From: Amoebophrya sp. A120 | Taxonomy: Eukaryota > Protista > Dinoflagellata | Assembly: GCA_905178155.1 (NCBI GenBank) | Contig: CAJINV010000003.1 | Coordinates: 10,113,979-10,177,978, forward strand | Direction of reading: 5' to 3' | DNA: 64,000 nt | Part shown: piece by piece, positions 1-13,500 of the stretch | Numbering within the stretch: the stretch's first letter is position 1 | Layout: each line of letters starts with the position of its first letter | The notes under the pieces: model-generated | Told to the model about the DNA's origin: nothing | Database searches by the model: none | The model's input: the letters and a program-made list of their open reading frames with translations, nothing else | Made by a program: the position numbers and the translations under genes

Positions 1-1839
1 AGGCTCCCCGTCTTTGACGTCGCAAACTGGCCCCATTGGGAAGCGGGGGCCGAAATGGTGCAACTTCGAGCCTTTCGCATGTGAGTAAAGATAAAAAGCA
101 AGAAGGAAACCAACACAAAGCGGCGAGCCACTTCGTTTTTAAATTGCGCAAAGAACCGCCGCGCCGCAAGCCGTGGCGCAGACCGTTGCGCCTGAAAATG
201 CGGCGCGCCGGAAAGGGCTGCTAGGGGGTAGGTTTTAGAGTAGGCAGCCAAAAAGCCTGCGCGCCGTGCAGCAATAATGTTATGGGCGAGACGGGTATAA
301 GGCGCGCCAGGAGCGTCGTATTCTTCCGCTGCAGGGTAGAAATTTTCCTCGTGATCGTCTCCCGGAGTGATCGTCCGCTACACTATCGCTCCACTTCCTG
401 CGGGCCAACGGAGAGTGGGGTGGTACTTTGGTGAGGCACAGGCACTTCGCGACTTTTGATTGCGCCCGGAATGGTAACGCAGTGAATTCTCACTCCATAT
501 CCCCCGCTGCCCAACCACCACGGGAAATGTATTGATAACGCACTGAATCACCAGCCCAGCAAAAGTCTGAGCCTCCAGCTCCGTCGCCGAAAGGGGCGTC
601 GCCGCCGCTTGAGGTTTCGCTAGCCAGCGGGAGGGCGTATTGCGTTATCACTGCATCAAGTAAGAACGTCACTCCGAACCCGGAACGCGAGCGAGAAAGT
701 GGAGCGATAAAGTAACTCAATGAGGTGCTATTCCGGGGAAAAATCCCACTTCCGGAGTTGCGACTTTTTCCCGGAGTGATTCCACAACGTGCTAGCGATT
801 TATTTATTTCCCCGTCTCGGGAAAATAAAGATAAGCTCCCTGCTGAATCGTGCCTGCGCTAGCTTTCTCCTTCCGTAGCGATAATTCCGAGAACAAAAAC
901 GGCACTCCGGCAGAAGTGTAGTGACAAATCCGTAGCCCGGCAAAAACGTCACTCCGGAGCCGAGTTTTTTGCTAGAGTGGTAATTCAGTGGACTAGCGCT
1001 CCGCCTTTAGTTGGCCAACGGGAAGCAGAGTGATGCTTCGTTGAACGATCACATCGGCAAAAAGGCCACCCCGGAAGTAAGACTTTTGCAGGAGTGGCAA
1101 CTCAGCGGAACGTCAACACGAAGACCAGACTTCGCGCAGAATGGCACTCCCAGGGGTTCTTACTCCTCGGGAGGCCGGATTGTGAGCGCGTGCGGAGGCG
1201 GGCACGCTGCTCGCCAGTGCTCGCTGAAAGTGAGCGTTGACGGGAAAGAAAGGCGGTCGCGACTTTTCGGCGGCCTTCGCTTCGCCCTTTGGCCCGGAGC
1301 AAAAAGGGTCGCAGCGGTGAAGGCTGCTCCTGATGGCGTGGCCTGGCGCCTGACGGCCGTTCTTTCGTTCTCTTTTCGGGTCCCGCGCGCCCTCTTCCCC
1401 GCCGGGCAAAATTTCCGCCGTCGATTTCTATTAAGGGCTCCGAGTCGCAAAAGAGCTCGCAAGAATTCCATCGGGAGGCACTTCAAAGGAAAAAGGTGAC
1501 AAAGCCCGACCTGAAGCCGCCTTGACGTCTCCTTTTCGTCAGAAACTATTGTGGATTACGGATTTCAGATTCAGGAAAAGGGCAAAAAGAGTGCCCACCT
1601 CTAGACGTTTTAGTCTCCTTCTTTTGGTCTCTTTGCTCCACTGGTTTTTGTCAAGTTGGTGCTAGTCTATAGCTCCTCTGGGTATTCCCCCTCGCTAGTT
1701 ATGGGCGAATAGTCCCGCAACTGCTCGGCCCCTTTTTCGGAGGACTCAAGAAACGGGGACTCCTTGCCGGAATATGACAGAGACCTGAACTATGCCTCAG
1801 TTGTATGATGCTTTTTTGTGTAATTGTAGATAGAAAATC

Positions 1840-4800
1840 ATGCGTGCCATTAGTCCAGCTCTCCTCTCTTCGTCGCTCTCACTTCTCCTGCTGTTTTCCT
1901 TTTATCTTGGAATCCTGCCGTCGAGTAGTGGAGAGGCCGCGCGGTCCTGTGCGATACTTTGGCAGACTGACGAAGCAGCTCGAGCGTCTACCCTGGCGGC
2001 GGAGGCTGAGCAGTGTGTGCTTGAATCTTTTTCGCGCTTTCCAGATAAGGTTCGCAGTTACGCCCGCTTCTTTCGTTGTGGTGGGTGCAACGTGGAGTTT
2101 GATTATGGGAACTGCATCGTTGCGCGGGACGATCAAGTGACTGAGTTTGCCGGACTCAGTTCTCGCAGTCTGAACTGGCGGCAGGTTTCCTCGAGAGATG
2201 AAGCCGAGATCCGCGCGAAGCTGGACCTCCCGGCTGAGGCGGGAGAACAAATGGGAGGAGAGCATCCAAAGCATCTGCCGAACGAGCGCCCAGGTGCAGC
2301 GACGTCATCCGGCGGGTCGGTCACGACAATCTCGCAAGACGACACACTGTCGAACTTGTTCGACTCGGCTGCTGCAGAGCTGCTCGAGTTAGATGCCCCC
2401 ATCCTTGCGAGGGATCAAGCTGAAGACAAGCGCACTGCGAAGTTTGCGCACGATGTTGTGTCTCGTTTTCTTATGGGGGCGTCAGGATCGAAACCGACAA
2501 AGTTGAAAAAAAACCCGGCAACACTTGGCGGAGGCGTTCAGGGCACCCCCTCCGGGACCCCTTTCAACTCTGAGACGCTCAAGCATACAGCGGCGACTAG
2601 CTTCGAAGGGGGCGAGTGTGTCGGCGTGGACATGCGAAATCCCGGCACCTTTCAAGTGGCCCCCAGGTTTTTTTTCAGCTTTGAGAATGTCGGTCCTGGC
2701 GCTTCAATATTTCTGTACCAAGCAGCGGAGGAGGGTGGAGCCATGCAAGCCTGCGCGTACTTGTGTTGCGGCGGCGACCAGTGGCTGTTTGACAGAGAGA
2801 AGAAGCCTCCGTCGCATGTATTGCATCGACCAGCTCGTGCCGAGGAACGCGGGTTCTCGCTTAGTGGGCAGGAGCCCTGTCACGTCGACGCAGAAAGCCG
2901 TCACACGTGTCTGCATCGCAACGTGTGCCTTGTTCCGGACAGGAACTATTTTTTGCTGCCAGACGCGGTTTTCGCCTTCGGGACAGAGGCTGAGGCTGGG
3001 GACAGGGCCCCGAGGCGGGACGACGCGAATCATTTTGACGCTATAGTCGACGAACCGTTGATGGGTTGTCCAGGCTTCACTTACGGACAGCCCCCAGCAC
3101 TGGAGCTCTGGCACAGCCTGTATAGCTTCGACTTTCCCTACTGAGTTGCCAGCTTGGAAGTCGACACATTGAAACCATTTGCGATGCATTACATACGGGG
3201 CATAGCCGTGAAGTGCTTGGCTTGCAGACACGAGAGTCGAAGGCGATTGTGAGTGTGTTGAGCGTCAGAGATACATGAAGCTGCGAAGAATCACGGCCGG
3301 AGCTGTCGCCTTCGCTTCAAAAAGTGCAAAAAAAATGCACTTAGCTGCTTCTACTTTCCAGGTTTGTCCTGTACTGCTCAGAATTTGGGGCGGATCCCCG
3401 CCCCTCTGGTATCGATTTTATGCATTGCGTTTTTGTTTGCATTTTGTCGATCATCAGCCTGGCGCTTCTATATTACCTGCGGCTTCCAGTGGCCCGGAAC
3501 CCTCCGCGACTTCGCTGATGTTTACGGGATGCGCATTCGAGGCTCGCTCTTTCCACCCCGGTCAGAACTGGTGCGGTCGCATGGAGGCGACGAAAAACGC
3601 CGCAAACATGAGACGTTGGCGTCGCCTTCAAGCTCAACGCCAACGTCGACAGCTGATCTTCATGAAGCGGCAAACGTCATCCAGGGATTTTCTCTCATCG
3701 TTGGCCTTCCGAATACCGTGCCCCCGACCATCTGGCATTTTGTGCAGCATTGTTTCGGGCTTGTTGGTGCGAAGGTGCTTTACCGTGTGCAGCGTTGGGA
3801 GTCTGTACTAGTTAGTGACCCGGGGGGATGGCTTAACCATCCGACGTCGCAGATAAGCCGCTTCTTCCGCCGAGTGTTCGAACTGCTTGTGGGACAACGC
3901 CTCGGTAGTGCGATCGAACTGCCAGGGGGGCTCAAATATTTGGGCAACGATCATTATTCTGAGAATGCAGTAGGAGTGCCTACTGCGGAAGAGGACGGAG
4001 AAATGGCGAAGGAACACACGTCAAATGAAGAAGCTCCAGTCGGCGCTCCGAGTCCCACACCAAGTGAGAATTTTTCTCATAGCAGTGGCATCGCGATTAC
4101 TCCTCGTGAAGACCGCCAGCAGGAACTGGCGACTGCAGCTGACCGCGACGCCGAACTGACAAGCGTCTTCAAGATATCGGCAGCAAAAATAACGGGTGGG
4201 GGTGGAGATGAAGCTACGAGGGATGCGGCTGCCCTTCGCTGTATGGGGACGTCAGCTGAGTTGGAAATCGACAACATGGCGAACACGATTTGTAAATGCA
4301 CAGCGCATAAAAATAAATTTTGATTTTCGCAACGCCGGGTTTGAATAATATTTATTATATATTTCATTCTGCGTAAGTAGGCAAGAGAGCATGGCATGGC
4401 TTCTGTCTGGCCACGCACTTAGCTAAGTAAGTAGACAGATTGATGATCGCCTTCAGGCGCTTTTGGTGCAATTACAATTTTTATGCGATTTAGCAGTCCT
4501 CTATGCAACGCAGTGTAGATCATGCACTTTATATTTTTTTTTCTGTTATTTAAGCAATTCCAATTTGTCGAGTTTTCACGCCGACCTGATGCAATCATAC
4601 GCTGCCACGAAAAAGCCGTATTTTCGGGTTGGACCGCGACTGGCGTGTCGGGTACGCGAGAAATGACTTACTTCCGTGAGCTATCAACTGCGAGTATGTT
4701 TGGGATAAGATAATTGTCATGCAAGTCGATAAGTTATATTTAATTATGTTTGATCTTCTTGAACTTGATCCGCTAGTCTGTCGTGTGTCGTCGAGGAAGA

Positions 4801-6603
4801 TGATGAGCGCACAATAAAAATACACAGCCGATCAAGTTGACAATGTTTTGAAGTGCTAGTATGAACAGTTATCTTGCAGCTGGAGTCTGGTAACACATGC
4901 CAGCAAGAACGAGGAAGCCAGGAGGAAGGTCATTTTGATGTTGAAACGCTCTTTCGTATATCATGTGCGTCATAGAAAGTAGTATATAAGCGTCTGTGGG
5001 CATACGAAGTAAGCATGACATACAGTTCCACGCCGAGGCATAATTGCAATGCATAGGAGCACGTGCGCCGCCTATACCCAAATATCCAGCAACGACGCTC
5101 GCACGTTCTCTACCTGTCTCGGAACCCCGGGATGGTAGCGAAAGTGTTGGAGAAGATGAAGGAAAGGAGTACACAGAGCAGGACAAGAGCAATGAATACT
5201 GTAGCAGCTGAGCGAAAACAGGAAGACATTGGTTGGTGGACGGCAGGTCAACAAAACACAATCACAAGTGGTGAAATGGAGCATAGCAAGAACCAGACTT
5301 CTACGAGGAGAAAAGAAATAAACAACTTCCCAACCGAGAGCCGGTTACTGTCTAATGTGGGGCGGAGCATTTGGAACGAGCGTGAGGTGGTGGTCGCGCT
5401 GCAGCGGCGCATTTGGCGCTTTCACCGCGAGTCTCGCTGGATAGCCCGTGCTTCACCGGACCTGCAGATTCACACCGGAGCAGAGCCGTTTGAAACGCAG
5501 CTGCAGCTTTTCGCCGGCGCTGCGCTGGTGGTTGGCACATTCGCTAGCGGGCTTTCCAACTTGATTTTTCTTCCGAAAAATGCTCATCTGCTCGTGCTGA
5601 CGCCGAGGGGGAACATGCACAGCCAACAGGACCTCGCGACGAATGCCGGGTTTTTCTACCACAAGTTTTTTCTGCGGGATTCCTTGACAAGGTGTATGGA
5701 TGGAGGGAATCCCGCGTTCGATCGTTTTCCGGCCTCGGACCCGATCAAGTTCCACCTAGGTGTACCCGCTTGGCGGGTTCAGTTCCCGCTGCAGAACGTG
5801 TCCGCAGGCCACCTGGCTTCCGTTAAAGGTCCTAGTGCGCACCTCCTCTGGCGATGCTCCTTTGGCGTTGACCTGGATCGTGTCCACTGGAAACATGTCT
5901 GTGCCTCGAAGAGTGCGTCTGTGTGAGGTCCCTTGCTTGGGGATAAGAGATCGTCAGAACTTGATGGTGCATGTTGCGAAAGAGGGCCGCTTATTTCTCT
6001 CGCGAAAATGCCAACTCAACTTTCCGGGTGGAATCCGAACCACACAGTTGCCGAGATACTTGTATGTAATGATGAGCTAGGCATTGCTGATGCTGTGGCG
6101 TCCTTCCGTTTTGCGCATTACTTAGCATCTCCATCACAGGGACGACTTTCCCGACTCAGATATGTTTGCAACGCATAGACCGTTTTTTGCCGGAATTTGA
6201 GACAATTTTTGGTGAGGCGTTTTCGTTCGTTCAGCGCAGGAATTTGAATGCCAACAGAGCACGAGATGTTGAGAGGTTTCATATGAATCAAGATCAAGAT
6301 GCTTATTTCTACCGAGAGAGGTCTTTAAGAGTCCTCGAGGTTGATAGAAATTTCTCGAGTGACCCTAGCCTTCACAGCCCTTCGGACGAAGAAGAAGAAG
6401 CAAGCAGCTTTTTTCTCTACGCAGGTTTCGTACGCGAAAGAAAGTCCCCGTTGAATCATGACTCAGGACACTTGAGAAAGGAAACACAGAAGCAGCTGGG
6501 CGCTCGGGTTCAGAGTCGCAATGAGGCGGCGCGAGCCGTCCTGCCAATTTTCACATTCCTTCTTCTAATTCCATCGATTCCCGCTTTTCGACTTTGCCTA
6601 TGA
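1840..6603 (+). CDS. Multi-exon glycosyltransferase family 61 (DUF563; EOGT/POMGNT2-like) protein
   Basis: Exons 1840-~3120, ~3460-4241, 4605-4681, 5061-5880, 6183-~6603. N-terminal hydrophobic signal/anchor. GT61-like motifs in order: HTCLHRNVCL, TIWHF, RCHEKAVFSG, FREHVRR..VLYLSR, QLQLFAGAALVVGTFASGLSNLIFLP, VDLDRF. The first intron borders and the true 3' end are unresolved. Confidence 0.75.
4242..4604 (+). mobile_element. Introner-type non-canonical intron (TIR plus 5-nt direct repeat)
   Basis: CGCTG|TATGGGGACGTCAG...CTGATGCAATCATA|CGCTG; removal gives the in-frame sequence LRC-HEKAVF. Confidence 0.85.
4682..5060 (+). mobile_element. Introner-type non-canonical intron, family A
   Basis: TGAGC|TATCAACTGCGAGTATG...CATAATTGCAATGCATA|GGAGC; removal gives FREH-VRRLYP. 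Termini match 20266-20559 and 45641-45887. Confidence 0.8.
5881..6182 (+). mobile_element. Introner-type intron, family A
   Basis: GATCG|TGTCCACTGGAAACATGTCTG...CAGATATGTTTGCAACGCATA|GACCG; removal gives VDLDR-FLPEF. A GT-AG reading (5880-6178, one extra codon) is also possible. Confidence 0.8.
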
Positions 6604-7596
6604 TGAGTCAGAGCGGGATGTAAAGAGGTGTTCTGATTTGGTTCTCACTCTGCCCTCGAGCTGTGTCTGATCAATTATAACTCTAGCTAGTATAGAAATT
6701 CAAATTGTTCTCGCTTTGAAACTTTCGAATGGGAAAGCCCGAAGACGGTTGCTTTTTTTTTCGTGTCAGCTTCATAAACACTCTGTTACGCTCAACATCG
6801 TGTCGATGCATGAGTGGTCTCTTTTTTCATCTCTTTATGGAACCCAAGCACCCCTCCGGCATTTCTGTGGTGGAAACTCGTCGCCGTTCTTTTTGTCGCA
6901 CTGTGTCGAAAAAAAATGATCGTGCGCCAAAGATTCAATTTTTTTCGTTGGTCGAGAAGTCGTTCACAAGCGAAGCTGTCGCTTTGTCGTTTTTCATTTT
7001 CCTCTTCGCACCTGGTGCAGATGCAGTACGTTTTCGTGCGCGCCGAACCTCGCTAGTGCCCTGTTGCGAGGGATGTGACTGAGCGAATGGCGCACTTTCT
7101 ACAGATGTGAATGTGCCTTTTGATACCTTCAGGGTTCGAAGCCAATAAAACAGTCTGCTCCGTTCCTTCGTGTTTCAGCTAGTTGATTGAATTCCACCGT
7201 TTTCACACTCTTCGAGTATTCTGATTCTGGTGGTAAGCACATGCATCCGTAAAAAAACTGCAGTATTATAATTGTGTCGATTGCAGCCCCCCCCGGCGTC
7301 TACCCCTCAACACCGCATTGCAGTATAGCTAATATGGCGGCAGTTTTTTATAGATATGCGTAGCTGCAAATGCAACATCGATCTTCGCCTTGATATGTGC
7401 TTTCTGTCCGACCAGTTGTTTTCTATGATTCAGAATTTAAGTTGAAGCATTATTGAGACGATTGCACACAGACACAAGTCTTCTAGCTCTGTATAACGTC
7501 AGGACTGTGAGCTTCTAGCTAACTACGACGTCGCTGGTTATAATTGTCGCTGCTCACCTCAGTTTTTCTTTTTTTGGTGTCGCTACTCGCTCCTTG

Positions 7597-10500
7597 ATGG
7601 TGGAAGACGGCGGGCCGACGCAGGAGCACGCCATCGAGATGCTCCTGGACGAACTACCGAAAATGGTAGAGTGCTTGACGCAGCAGGGCCTCACAGAAAA
7701 GCTGGAGCAGCCGATGCAGCAGAAATTGCAGCAGTGCCTAGATCATGGCGGTGCGGTGCTGGCGATGCCTTCTACCGAGCCCGGTCGTAACCTTTTTTTT
7801 GGGGACCTTTTGCAACTTACCGCCCACGCACTGACCCTTTTCAGCCGCGCGCACGAAGTGGAGGGGCCGTGCGCCCCCTTTATGCATTGCTTTACGATCA
7901 CCACGGTCATATTTTCGCAGTTCGTGGACCCCCGCCAGAGCGCGGTTTTGTTCGGCATTCCGGAAGAGGAAAGCACCTCTCTTGGGACCTACATCCTTGC
8001 CACGATCGGGGACCACTTCGATTATTGCCTTCGCGAGGTCGTGTTCAGTTGTGGGAGCGACGTATGAAAGCTGGGGACAACTCCCCTCTTCATCGTTTCT
8101 TTGTCATGCATAAACATTAACATTGGTCCACCAGCCGTTGCCCGGTAATATCACTGCCTCGTACAACAACAACTACAGGGTCTAGCACCCCAAACAGCAC
8201 CAAGATCCATACGAGCGAGGAAGGAGCCCAGAAATAAAGATATAATGACTTCGGACGAGGTATGTAGTCGTTGCGTCGTTTGCGCTTGGTCGCATCAACA
8301 CCGATACCACGCAACATAAGAAAAAATAGTGAAGGTGGTACGTTACGAGGAGGACAGGGCTGCTAAGGCCAAAGCTAGTGCTAACGTATGAAAATGAATA
8401 TATAGCTCGGGGGGAGCACCCCCTCCACTGGAGGTCCTCCCACGGGCAGAGATCGAGGCGGCGTGTGGCTGGCGCTTTGGGGACCGTTTTTAGGGAAGCG
8501 GGGAAAACAGCAAGCGGAAACCCATCGCGTAAGTGCATAGAGGAGACACGCCGGAGGACAGGGCGCCGCCGGTCGCTGTGCCATAGTAAGCGCGATCGCT
8601 CTGGGACCTCAGTAAATATATAGCACCCGAGGCCGAGCAGGACTGGCGCTCTCGGGAGCAGCGGGAGAAGGGATGCAGCCTTGAGGCTGCGCCGTGGTGA
8701 AGTCAATGCTCGCGGGCGTGGTTGTTAAGCTGTACCAGCTCCCTCTTGTCTTGGGTGTTTTTCTGACCACCGTCTGCGCCTCCAAGAAAGCTGGCAAAGA
8801 AGTTCCCCCCGGCTTGCCCCTTTCAAAGGCTTTGCAGAGCTGACGAAGGGCAGTGCGCTCGACCCTCCCTCTGGTGCCCCCGGCCCTGTCGAAAATCGTG
8901 GGTGGTTGTGTGCAGCTGCGGGCAGCAAGGGGCCGGGCGAGTTTCGAGGCGGGCTGCCAGAGTTACGCGAGTTGATACATTGGATTTACACAATTTTGGC
9001 AAGCTCCATAAGCATGATCCCTCAATTTTTATCGCAGGCTATTTTATTGTTTTTCGATAGTTATAGGTTCGTTTACTCAGAATGCTTCTGTTGTTGTAAC
9101 TCTCTTTACATGCGGCCCAGGGAATTAACAGCTGTTGAAGTTGGAAAGTGCCTTTAGGTCGCATATCTCAGTGAGCAAGCTCAAGCTGCAACACGTTCTG
9201 CGATTGCGGGGCGGTGCGTGCGGCAGGTACAATGATCCACCTACTAGAGGCCCCGGCAGGGGCGGTTTCAGTTCTTCCGTCCTAATATTGGAACGGCTGG
9301 CTTTTGCTAGTATCTGGAAAAGCGGCTTGGGCGCAGTGCGTAGCGCTCTTTTTGGTATGTGCCAGTGGTCCTGCTCCGGAACTGCGGAGGCCGCTCTGCT
9401 TTTTTATTGATTGCATTACAATGGCGCCCCCAATCACGAAGAACTTCGCAGTTAGTTCGCCCTGCCTTGGCCTCCCAGCTGGCTCCGTCGTACGTGGTGC
9501 AGGGGTTCTCCTACCTAGGATATCTGCTCACCTTAGGGTCGTCTAATTCCCTACTCCCCCGGATGTCGTTAATTTTAGACACTACTCCCAGTGACTACCG
9601 TGAGGATTATTTTAAGACAGTTAATTTTAGCCACTACTCCCAGTTAATTTTAGACACTACGCTCGCATCGACTACCGTGAGGATACCTCCGGTCCGAGAG
9701 TCGTTTTTTGTTTTTAGTTTAAGAACATCGTGGTCCACATCAGGCGATGTTCCTGCCTTGCTCGTGCGCATACGTACGTAGATCTTTTGGCTTTGGCCAG
9801 GAGGTTTAGGGTCGGAGCGCTCTCAGCACTGCTGAAGCTTTAGAACCAGATGGGAGTGCACACCCGGACGGATCAGAGCAAAAGGCTTTATTAGCGCTTT
9901 TTGAAAGTAGATTTTACCTTTCCTTCCTTGTGCTGCTCTTTTGCTTTCCCCGGGCCCTACTGGCACCAAGCAGGATTTTTTTGTGGTCTGGGACATGACT
10001 CCCTCCGGTGTCCTATGTGGGTATTTTGCTTGAATTAGAATCTTTAGGTCTTACCATGCGTTTTTGTGCACACTCTCTCTGATCAGTGCGGTTTCCTGTT
10101 CTTCTCCCCCGATTCATCTTCCTACGGCCGGTTCCTTCGCCAGCGTCAAAAAGGGTTTAGAAGGGTTGGAAGGGTTTTTGGATTTGGGGTTCTATTTTGA
10201 TTTTAGACACTACTCCCAGTGCCTCTCTTTGTGTTGGAGATCATGAGACAACTATGTTTATGCTTCCATTCCCTTCATTTTCTATTGTGGATCCTGGCCT
10301 GCGTTCCGAATGACAATGAGGGGGGGAGGAGTTGTCCACCATCATGCGACGACTCTAGCACGGATGAGATGATTCACGCTAAGATCTGCTGTCGCGTGAT
10401 GTGGCGGACCCTGTGCTTGTGCGTGGGGGGTGCGCACAAGATCGACGGGGAGACGTTTTTGGAGTTGTGTGGAAACGAGGTCTATTTTCCGGTGGCCTTC

Positions 10501-13500
10501 GCCCGTGTGCTGATTCCCTGCGAGGCCGACGTTGCAGCTCCTTTGATGGGGCTGTGGAGCGCCGCGAAAAACGTAAATGCAGCCAACCGCATTGCCGCAC
10601 AGCAGGAGGGCATCACTGGCGTGGCGGTTCTTGACGAGGACGGCAAGCGGAAGTTATGAAGTAAAAATCAATATGTCTGGGCTCTGGAAGCTGCAGCGCG
10701 ATTGCTCTTTTGACATCATGCAAGAAAACTTTGTCATGAAGATGAACATGATCATGCATGTTGCGCTGAAGGGGCTGACGCGGACGCAATCGCAAAGTCG
10801 ATCCCGTGGACCCTCACCTTAGCGCGCCCCAGGTCTTGCCCGGGAGCTCACCTCCGGCAGTGTTGGTGGGTGCTAGAAAAAAAGTTGAAAGAGCGCCACT
10901 CAGATGTCATGAACAAATCCGAGTACTTTATATCATGTTCGTGCGCATCCGCATGGATGACGCAGCGAGCAAGTAATCGCTCAAGCGCTACTAACGGTAA
11001 CAATGCTGTGGCTGTACTGAGGTCAGGTGACCGTCGGTCCGCTTTTTAGCTTTACAGGTTTCAAGAGGTCGGCCGTCTTTGCAATGCATAGAAGCTTCCG
11101 AACGATGAATCTGGTGATCTTGCGGATCTTATCACAAGCAAAAGCACCACAGCAGCCATACTACCCATATTCATACAATATGAATATTCGGAAATATTTG
11201 TCATGTTTTTTTTCTGCCACAGGGAAAGATACAGGAAAACGCCTCTATGTTGAAGTTTGCGATGCCTGCCTACAATCAAATATATGTAGTTACAAGGCCG
11301 CGGCTTATGTCGTGCGATGGGAGGGCGAGCAGGAGCGGTATATAGCGTAGAGACTCGAAAAACTTGAAGGGCGCTGCACTTCGAAGTTGAAAATGAACGC
11401 ATTCAGCTATATTATTCGTCTTCGCGTAAAAATCTAGTATGGGTCGTGTGCTTTTCTGTATCATAGACCTGTACGAGTACAAGAAGCAGATCGCGTGCGC
11501 TTTCGTAGACGACGACATCATTCCAGAACTCTGCCGCGCACTGATGGAGGCCTTATACCAGTGGGAGCAGCAGCCAGAGGTGAAGCAGTGGTTTCTAGCG
11601 GTTTTGGGGGCGCCGGACTTGACCAACCAGCTGGTGCCACCTCCAGCGGTGTTGCTTTCTTCCAAGACGCAGGAGTGCGCGCGGAGCGTTCTCCTCCTGT
11701 ACACGGCGGCTTGCCGGTGCTTCAGCGAGATCGCCAATGTGGTTTTGGATGCGCACTACCGCGCGTGGGCGAGCCGGTACGGCAACTTGGTGGGACGGAT
11801 GAAACGGCATTTGACCTTGCATGGGAAGGGGTTCCTGAATCACCTCGTCAAGCCCCACTTTTTGCCGCACAACGGGGCCGGCATGAACTCCGACCTGGAC
11901 CTCAAACTTCGCATGTTGGTGATGTCTGCACGCGATCTGTATCAACTGCAAATAATATGGCTGCGGCTGGAAGGGTGAATCCTTTTGTTTTGACGATCAC
12001 ACAAAATGTTTGGAAACCTGTGCCATGCGTTTCATTCTATGTCATGCACGGGCCGCAGGCGCAGTGCCAAAAGAAAGTCAAGTGCGCACTCGTTCTTGTA
12101 ACGGACAGTGGAGCGAGGGACTGCACGCACGAGAGATGGTCAGGTATTAATTGAGAAACCTTCACCTTGTCACCGAAACCTGTCATGGTAATGGTATACT
12201 CTTCATGTTCATTCAGACTTTGCGGGGTCTCCCAGGCAAAAAACAACAGGCATATGCTCGCAGGACTCATTCACGCATAGCAAAGTACAAAAGCGGCACG
12301 ACAAAGTTTGCCGAGTGTCATCCCAAGCCCTGCTTGTATTGCATAGTCGGTCGTCGAATATGGAAACCGCTAGTGTCGGGATCGGGGAGTCAGTGAAGAA
12401 ACTTTCCGTTGTGCTGCTGGACATGCTTCTGGCGCTGAAGGACGTAAAGTATGACGTTAAAGAAAAGTACACCCATACCGGAAAGCACTGTAGTTTACTC
12501 CTGACACTATTAGGTAATCCGCGGCAAATAATCAGATTCTATACTACAGTTCCGCAGATGCTTGCGCTGCCGCTGGGTCACCCGATCGGCAGCGAGCACT
12601 GCCACCGATCAGACTACAATATTCGGTATAATCGGCAAAAACAAAAGGCCTTCTGACGCCAGTAGAGTCTTGTTCTTGGTAGCAAGAACTGCACTTTAGA
12701 ATTTTACAAGCAAAAACTTCTGCTCGCAAAAAGGTACTTGCTATACTAGTAGAAAAGAAGGCTATGCCTACCCCTACTACTTGTAGATGTGGGCCAGGCC
12801 CCTATGCGCGTTTCTGCTCGTGAAAAAGCGCGCCCGCACCTCTCTTAGCTAGTATGCCAAGGGAGATATGCGCTGCGCCCACACACTGCGCAGCTTTCCG
12901 TTCTTGCTGCGGGCCCTCCTTATGCATCGTGGAGAAACTCAAACTACCAGCAGTAGGCAGGCTGCGTGTGCGTCAGCGATACTCTGAAAACTGGAGTGAG
13001 AGGTGCTCTGAAAACTGGAGCGAGAGGTGCAGAGACACGAAAACCGTGCGCGGCAGTGACCCCAGAAGGACGAAGAGCGCAGGGCCACTGCAGACGTCGC
13101 ATTCACGCACTGCTAAAGTTGCCGGCGCGCGCGCGCAGGAATGTTGTTCCGGCGCCGAGGGTGCAGAAATTGCAGGCCAGCCTGCCCCTTGGCCGTGGCC
13201 TGCCCGTGCGTCAGCCCGGGGCGGATCAGTTTGCGTCCGGCCTGCGGAAGTGCCTCTGATGCGTTTCCCGCAGCCGCAAACGCCAAAAAGCTGGCTCTTT
13301 CTGTATGTCGCGCACTAATCCACACACGCAGCGTGCCCGTTTTCGTTGTGCTACCCGCGCGGTGTAGTTGAGGGCCAAATTGCGACTGGCCTACCCGACC
13401 CCAATATTTTCTCTGGGTTTTGCTTTTGCTCGTCCTATTTGTCCGCAATTCAAAACGGAAGTGCGACAGGCCTCACCTCGACGACGCGCGCAAAGTGGTA

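Noticed and set aside
929-937. Dinoflagellate spliced-leader relic (TCCGTAGCC)
   Set aside because: Only 9 nt match; the ATTTTGGCTCAAG part is absent.
3142-3364. Stop-codon reassignment (TGA read as sense), suggested by same-frame ORFs separated only by TGA here, at 5924 and at 27511
   Set aside because: The stop at 5924 lies inside an inferred intron and those at 3142-3364 probably do too. The conserved TyrRS tryptophans use TGG, and TMEM256 ends at TGA where expected.
3937-5089. Alternative TIR intron TATTTGGG...CCCAAATA
   Set aside because: Two better-supported elements (4242-4604 and 4682-5060) and the exon between them explain the region and restore GT61-like motifs.
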